Of a stretch of DNA of 64,000 bases, positions 57,184 to 64,000 are shown one piece after another. This DNA is from Eledone cirrhosa (lineage: Eukaryota): contig OZ024747.1 of the NCBI GenBank assembly GCA_964016885.1, positions 20,584,001 to 20,648,000 on the forward strand. Reading direction: 5' to 3'. The position numbers were made by a program, and so were the translations under genes. How positions within the stretch are numbered: position 1 is the first letter of the stretch; each line of letters opens with the position of its first letter. Under the pieces are notes generated by a model. The model ran no database searches and was not told where the DNA came from. It saw only the letters and a program-made list of their open reading frames with translations.

Positions 57184-57834
57184 TATGAATATAATGTGAT
57201 GAAAAATCCGGAAGCGATACCTCATACAACAGTGCAAAACCTCATACCCCATTATTTGGGAGAAAAGAAATGTGATATAAAAAAAAAAGAAACGTTTATA
57301 AAAACGTCACCTCCGAGTAGTGCAGGCAGTTGTTACACGCAGAGGTGAGCTACAACATGTGTTCGTGAGTGAATAGGAGGGTGGTCAGTCAGCTCTACTA
57401 GCAATAGAGGACGGTTGAGTATTTAAGATGTCTTCATCTCCAACAAAATCAATCGACTAGAGGTTACGGACAGCTATACAAATGCATCGCCTTGTGGCAA
57501 TAAGTTCATGATATAAACTGCAGAAGATTGGGAAACTGTCAAGGATAGTATGAAAGAAAGTAGGAGTTAAACAACATGAGCCCAGTTAGAAGGCAAAGTC
57601 CTGGAAGTATCTCACTATAATATGATCACCTCTTCCTGTAATGATTTTGTATTTTTGACTTATTCCATATCTTAGTTGAAGATATGCACAATGTTTAGGT
57701 TTTCTAGTTTGATGTTCTTTCTTGTAAATATGTTAAAGTCATTCGTATACAAAAAATGGATTATATTTTCTTCCGCACATCTGTAGCCCGTGGTGATTTC
57801 ATTAAGCAGATTTCCATTAAAGGGATGAAAATGT

Positions 57835-58666
57835 TGATTAAATTGATTCAGTAATTAACTGGTACTTAATTTAACCATTCCCAGAAGGATGAAAAGCAAA
57901 TCTGACCTCGGCCAAAATTGGACTCAGAATATACATGGCCGTAGCTAAATGATTCGAGGCATTTTGTTCGACGCTCTAACGATACTGCCAACCCTCCGCC
58001 CTTTCACAATAAATAATTGTTTCTATTTTTGGCACAAGGCCAGCAATTATCCCAGTGTATTACTGGTACTTTATTTTATCGACTTGTAAAGATGAAAGGC
58101 AAAGTTAACCCTGGCGAGATTTGAACTCAGATCATAAAAGGGCGTAACTCTATGCTGCAAAGCATGGCGTCCGACCCTCTACTGATAATGATTTCTAATT
58201 TAGGTACAAAGCCAGCACTATGTGGAGGGGAAGGTCAATAAAATTGAACCCAGTAGTTGACTATTACTTTATTTTATCGACATTGAGGATGAAAGGCAAA
58301 GTCGATCTTCATGAATTAGAGCCAAAATAAATGCCGGAAAATATTCTGTCCGACGCTCTAATCATTCTGCCAATCCACTGCTCTTAAATGTTTTGTTATG
58401 TCTTAACTAAGATTGAAGCCGCGACTAAGACTTCAACCATCACTAGGACTTACAACTAGACCAGAAAGACGGCCACTTCACAGTAAATAATGATTTCTAG
58501 TATAGGCACAAGGCCAGTAATTTGGGGGGAGGGGTAAGTCGATTAAATCGATCCCAGTATGTTACTGGTGCTTTATTCTATCGACCCTGTAAGGACCGTA
58601 AAGGACTGTAACTCTATGCTGCAAAGCATAATGTCTAACGCTCTACCAATACTGCCAATCCACCGC
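57835..58666 (-). mobile_element. Cluster of four family A SINEs with a duplicated ~100-bp spacer
   Basis: SINE cores at ~57850, 58015, 58190, 58490; spacer CTCTTAAATGTTTT...GACTAAGACTTCAACCATCACTA.GACTTACAACTAGA repeated at 58381 and 58666. Confidence 0.85.
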
Positions 58667-59494
58667 TCTTAAATGTTTTGTTTAGCTCTGACTAAGACTT
58701 CAACCATCACTATGACTTACAACTAGATCAGAAAGACGGTCACTTCACACTAAATAATACTAGCAACAAGAACAATAACAAGAATGTTATAATGAAGAAA
58801 ACTTAATAAAACAAAGAAACCATTGAAACTGATAATTTATTCACTTCTATAATTTCAATTTAACTTCATCAATTTATTTAAGTGTTCTTAATTTATTTTT
58901 ACAGGAACTGACATATTTGTTCCAACAATAGTTTGACTGAAATGAATTCTCACCCACCCACAAAATAAGATTATTTAACATTTATCTTCGTCAACGTTGG
59001 AAATTTTGTTTTTCATCTCGTTCCTGTTATTATCGTCGTTATTTTGTTGTTGGTGATATTTGTTTCTGTGTAAGTACATCTCTATATATGAGTGCTTGTA
59101 TATTATCGTGCATAGAAAATATATTATTAGATTTTCCTGTAGTATAGAAAGACTTGTTTCTAATGAATAAAAAAACATTTATTGCGAGAATTAAGATAAG
59201 ATCTGTAAATCACTATATATTAAATTGTTACAAAAGTCTTGCATATTTCTAATTTTCTGCTTACTGAGAGTATTTGCAATTTGTGCATTAACTTGTCACA
59301 TGCGATAATTGAAAATACCAGCTTTACGAAGATACTACTAAAACACATGGTAAATCTTCTTCTTCTTCTTCTTCTTCTTCTTCTTCTTCTTTCGAATATC
59401 GTTACTTCAAAGACCCTTCGGAGGAACCCTTATATTTCGATCATTACCCAAGATTCATGACCATGGGTAATTGAATATAAAAACCATATATTCA

Positions 59495-59890
59495 TGGGCA
59501 TGGGTAATTGAAAATAACGAGTTTGGCTTTTACACATACTTCCCTTTTTCTAATGACCAAATGCGGAAGTTGGCGCATTACTGCAGCAGGTCCTGCAATT
59601 CTTGCGACTAATCTATCCTCCTGCCTTCCATCACTCGTGAACACGACCCCGAGATACCTGAATTTCTGCACCTGCTTCGGTGGAAATACACTCATATTTA
59701 GAGTTCATTGAGCAGGCTTCCTTGATGGGACTTGTGTCTGAGTCTTCACAGCACTGGTTTTTATTCCTGCCATGCAGCAGTCGGCATCAAACCTATCAAG
59801 TACATGTCGAACAACCGCCAGTCTTGATACCACTTCAAACCTGGCTGCGGATATGGATCCTGTCAATGAAGATTATAAATAGGAGACATG
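59495..59890 (-). mobile_element. RTE-clade LINE RT fragment
   Basis: KQVQKFRYLGVVFTSDGRQE...RIAGPAAVMRQL...KAKLVIF. Confidence 0.8.
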
Positions 59891-60031
59891 CCAGTACGTA
59901 CCTTGGCGAAGACCAGGATAACATAGTAATATAAACAATTCTTTTTACGCCATATTATGACTCTACCAATACATTTGTGTGTTACAAGCGTTTACACCAT
60001 ATGCCTGAGACCAGTATTGTTTTGATGCTCC

Positions 60032-60097
<66 letters not shown>

Positions 60098-60143
60098 CTG
60101 GAATTGAATAATCAAAACTGTAGCGGTATGTCATATATCAAAT

Positions 60144-60217
60144 CATATATTTTGTCTGATGAGGACGTACTGAAAAAACAACACAGTACCTTTGAAATAT
60201 ATGTAATAAAGTATATG
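60144..60217 (+). ncRNA. Type-I HHR with 12-bp stem I
   Basis: CATATATTTTGT-CTGATGA-GGAC-GTACTG(11 nt)CAGTAC-CTTT-GAAA-TATATG-TA-ATAAAGTATATG; triplet GUA. Confidence 0.82.
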
Positions 60218-60279
60218 TTTTGATTATGAGAATATTTTTCATTTGTTAACATTTTGAATAATATATATATATATATATA

Positions 60280-61181
60280 CTAGCAGTGGTACCCGGCGTT
60301 GCACGGGATAAGGTATTTTGGAACGCCAACGGACCTAATCGTGGAAAAACTGCATGCTTGGACAATATGTAAAGAAAATAAACCGAATACTCTGATAGCT
60401 GGATACTCTTTAAGATTTTCCTCGATGAAGCAGGAAAAATGCAGGTTTTCACCTAATGCGGGTCCTAGGGGATCAAGAAAATAATTTTTTTTTATGTGCA
60501 TAATATGCCTTGAAATTTCTGGAAAATCAGGTAGACGTAACGCCTCAAAAAAGTCCTAAAAAGCTGAAAAAAGGAAGTTTTTCAATTAATGCGGGCCCTA
60601 GGCGATAAAAAAGTTGGATTTTCTTTGCTCAGGCTATGAAGAAGAGACTGACTAATACATAGTTACAATTTCAAGGAAATCGGTCTGACGTAACGCCTCA
60701 AAAAAAACCTAAAAAGCTAAAAAAAAACGCAGTTTTTCACCTAATGCGGGCCCTAGGAGATCACAAAAGTTGAATTTTATGTGCATAACACTCCTTGAAC
60801 CATAAGTAATACACATGTAAAGTTTGAAAAAAATCAGTTGGGTACTTCTCGAGTTTTAGACACACACACACACACACAGACATCCTCAGGGAAGTGACGT
60901 AATACAGACAGCTAGACATACAGACAAATATTATAAGGGCGCTACGTTATATGTATGTATCTATCTAAAAAGAGAAAGACTAAGAATTATAGAGAGAGAT
61001 CGCTAAATCGCCTAATGCGGTTCCTAGGGCCAAGAAAATTTGAAATCTTTTTTGCTCAGAACACTCCCTATAACATAAGTATTACATGTGTAAAGTTTGA
61101 AAATAGTCGGTTGGGTGGTTCTCGGGTTTTAGGGATTCAAACTCACACACAGACAGACATCCTCAGTTTTATATATATAGA
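60280..61181 (-). mobile_element. Non-autonomous Helitron
   Basis: Minus strand A|TCTATATATATAAAA... 5' end and ...CCCGTGCAACGCCGGG hairpin-TACCACTG-CTAG|T 3' end, inserted between A and T; four internal TAATGCGG..CCTAGG subrepeats. Confidence 0.85.
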
Positions 61182-61656
61182 TATATATTATTTGACACAA
61201 TCCTTGTTCTGATATAGTTTTATTTTCCTCCGTCATAAATATCATTTTTTAATTTATACTGCGTCCCTTAGAACATGATAACTATTTATATTTATATTTT
61301 ACCTCATGATTCATTACTTCGGTTCTTCTATTATATTTAACGGCGTTGTTTTTGTAATAATTCTAGATATTAGTCTCGATATATATTTAAAATCTGAAAT
61401 TGTCAAAAACTGAATCAGATTAATATTGAGCTATTCTATTTGTATTTTCAGTTGTTGTTTTTTTAACCATTGTAGCTTCATTATATCTTTATATATACTC
61501 CACGTTTAGTTTATACGTCACAAGTTCAGCTTCACAATATAAAATACAATTGGGATCAGTGATGCTATGTTTCTTACAGTAATATTTAATATTTGCTTCT
61601 TAATCCACCTTAATGGCGGTAGTTTTTCTCAGTATTTATTCTAGAAAACTAAATTT

Positions 61657-61870
61657 GTCGATCGACTTTCGTCAAGTCGGACTGAGGAAACATTGCTTCC
61701 GTTGGTCTTTCCAATTGCTAGTATTATCTATCGGTCGCAACCCCAGGTAGAAGGAACAACGTGAAATAAAATGTCTTGCTCAAGGACATTGCGCATCACC
61801 CGGTCCAGGAAAGGAACTGACAACCTCACGATTGCGAATCCAGTTCTCTAACTACTTAACCACACGCCTT
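61657..61870 (-). mobile_element. Family B SINE
   Basis: Reverse-complement homolog of 33899-34110; CTAGAAAACTAAA occurs on both sides (61641 and 61876), a likely TSD. Confidence 0.88.
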
Positions 61871-62500
61871 CACTTCTAGAAAACTAAACCCTCAATAGTA
61901 CGAGGTAATTTTATTAGTAAACTTTTGAATAACATTCATTACGAAGTTGTTATTTGCTTGAATTGTTTCTTCACTCCTTTCATTCTATAAAATACTTCTT
62001 GTACAATAATCTGAAAGCAGCATGCACTTTCCAAATATATTCTCGTTTCATTTCTATTTTTTCTGCAGATGTTTTAGATGGTTCAGTTCTAGTAGTGAAT
62101 TGGCAGATTCGTTAGAACGTAAGACTGAGTTCAAATTGAGCTGAGGCTAACTATGCCTTTCATCTCTTCTATGATGATAACATTACACCCCATCCTCTAC
62201 ATTGGATTGTTAGAGTCTCAGGACAGATGACATTTGTTCCTGTTATTTGTATTTTGAGTTAATCTGCCGCTGTAGAATACTTCAGTGGTAGACTTAATTT
62301 GTCGGCTAGTTTAAAATACCCATGTCGGATCTTGGATTCTTTTAGCGAAGTCATCGCTGTTGCAAAGATGCGTGCGAAGGCTTTTGTTTAAGGATACTTT
62401 CCTCCCTTCCTTTCTTTCTCACTTCCACCTGTCCTGTAGGCCTCGATAAAGGTTATGTACATTTCAACCCCCTCTCTGTCAGAATACTAAACTAAATAAT

Positions 62501-62780
62501 TGTTTCTACTTTAGGAATAAGGCCAGCAAATTTTTTAAGGGGAAGGGAAAGTCGATTAAATCGACCCTAGTGCATTACTGGTACTTTATTTTATCGAACC
62601 CGTAAGGATGAAAGGCAAAGTTAACCTCGGCGGGATTTGAACTCAGACTGTAAAGGGGCGTAACTCTATGCTGCAAATCATGGCATCCGACCCCCTACCA
62701 ATACTGCCAATCCACCACTAAACTAAATAATTGTTTCTACTATTGGCACAAGGCCAGCAATTAGCCAGTACATTACTGGT
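62501..62780 (-). mobile_element. Full plus truncated family A SINEs delimited by three copies of one 15-mer
   Basis: ACTAAACTAAATAAT at 62486, 62717 and 62781. Confidence 0.9.
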
Positions 62781-62799
62781 ACTAAACTAAATAATAACA

Positions 62800-63960
62800 T
62801 TCTATCACTTCCTTTAGCCAGTCTGAAACCCTTTTCTTCAGACTACTAATTAAGTTGGCATCAAGTTGCACTTCTTAACTTGAGCTACGTATCAAGCTTT
62901 CACAGTCTACTGATATAATCCTATGAAGATTTTTTACTTTGTCATATCTTGTGTTTCCATCTTATACCTATGTGGGATACATCTAACTGAATTCTAGTTT
63001 TGATATGAACAACTATCAGTATTTTGACTGAAATACAAACTTTAAGAAGGATGCCTACTAAGTCTTCTCTAATATATATTTAATATAATGATTTTACGTC
63101 ATTTTGCTTTTTGACTCAAAGGCATTTGATATGAGATATTGAGTCTTATTTCGATGATGGCAATTATAAAGCTTTTGGTTTCTATTTTTCCCATCTTAGT
63201 AGACACACACAGTGTTGCGAGGTTCAAGTGAAGAGTTTGCTTCGAAACCATACAGTTGCGGGTTCATTCCTAATGCAGCGTACATAAAGAAGTTGTCTCA
63301 TCTAGATGCTGTCCACTTAGATAGATTTGCAGCTTGTTTTGCAAAAAAGATCTGGAATATTTTATCAACCCGCAGCTTTTCTTGTCTCACTTCTTTTTCG
63401 ACTTCTATCTACTCAGCTTCTACATTATACTTAACTTTCTAGCTCCATATATTATTGCAAAACTATTTGCTTCAACGATGTGTCGCTCAACTCCTTGATT
63501 TTCAAAAAGTCACTTCTCATTATTTTTTAACAGTCTGTGCTGCTGGACCTATTCTATTCTACTTTCGTATTGCTTTATTTTAGCAGTATTTGCCATCATT
63601 CTTCAGGTCTTCAATTATCACTTTCCTTTCCTTTTCACAATATATTTTCTTTCTAGTGATTTGGTAACCTCTTCTTTACACAGAGCGCATTCTTTTAACG
63701 TATGTTGTTGGCCCACTTCTCTTCTCAAACTCTTTATGCTATTTTCTCTTCGTCTTTTACACCAAAGTATTGATCTGTCCATTCTCTCTGGTAAGCAGCT
63801 GTAGTAGAAGTCTAATACAGCATTGTATAGGTTATTTACCTCCAGTACAGAGTTATTGTTACATATCCAATAACATTGCAAACCTCTTTTGCTTTGATAT
63901 TTAACCTTCTCAGTATCAAATATTCTTACATCGGTATGCTTCTCATTACGGTTTTGTTTC
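62800..63960 (-). mobile_element. Decayed R4/Dong-like retrotransposon
   Basis: LERKYIVKRKG...IEDLK...AKIKQYESRIE..QHRLLKNNEK parallels KKYSIRS...IETIKQK...ARIRRFEKR...MFKNNQR of 21316..22077. Ends approximate. Confidence 0.6.
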
Positions 63961-64000
63961 AGTTGATCTTACCCAACCCTTTAATCTCATGCCCCCTTCA

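Overview
AT-rich, microsatellite-saturated animal genomic DNA, most likely Octopus (inferred from the SINE families and repeat landscape). No host protein-coding exon can be supported, and most ORFs in the track are microsatellite artefacts. The window is a retroelement graveyard sorted by microsatellite type. An L1/Tx1-clade LINE sits in (GATA)n, three stacked R4/Dong-type elements sit in (AAT)n, and at least four Penelope-like elements (PLEs) plus many pLTR-like fragments sit in (TA)n. RTE fragments, two tRNA-derived SINE families and a non-autonomous Helitron are also present. The main hidden signal is RNA structure. By eye I find 11 type-I hammerhead ribozyme (HHR) motifs from about 8 sequence families, several half-motifs forming the apex of fold-back palindromes, and a non-coding 542-nt tandem unit with one HHR per monomer (4061-5320). 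That unit looks like a retrozyme copied from a circular or multimeric RNA. All HHR calls are manual folds; activity is untested.
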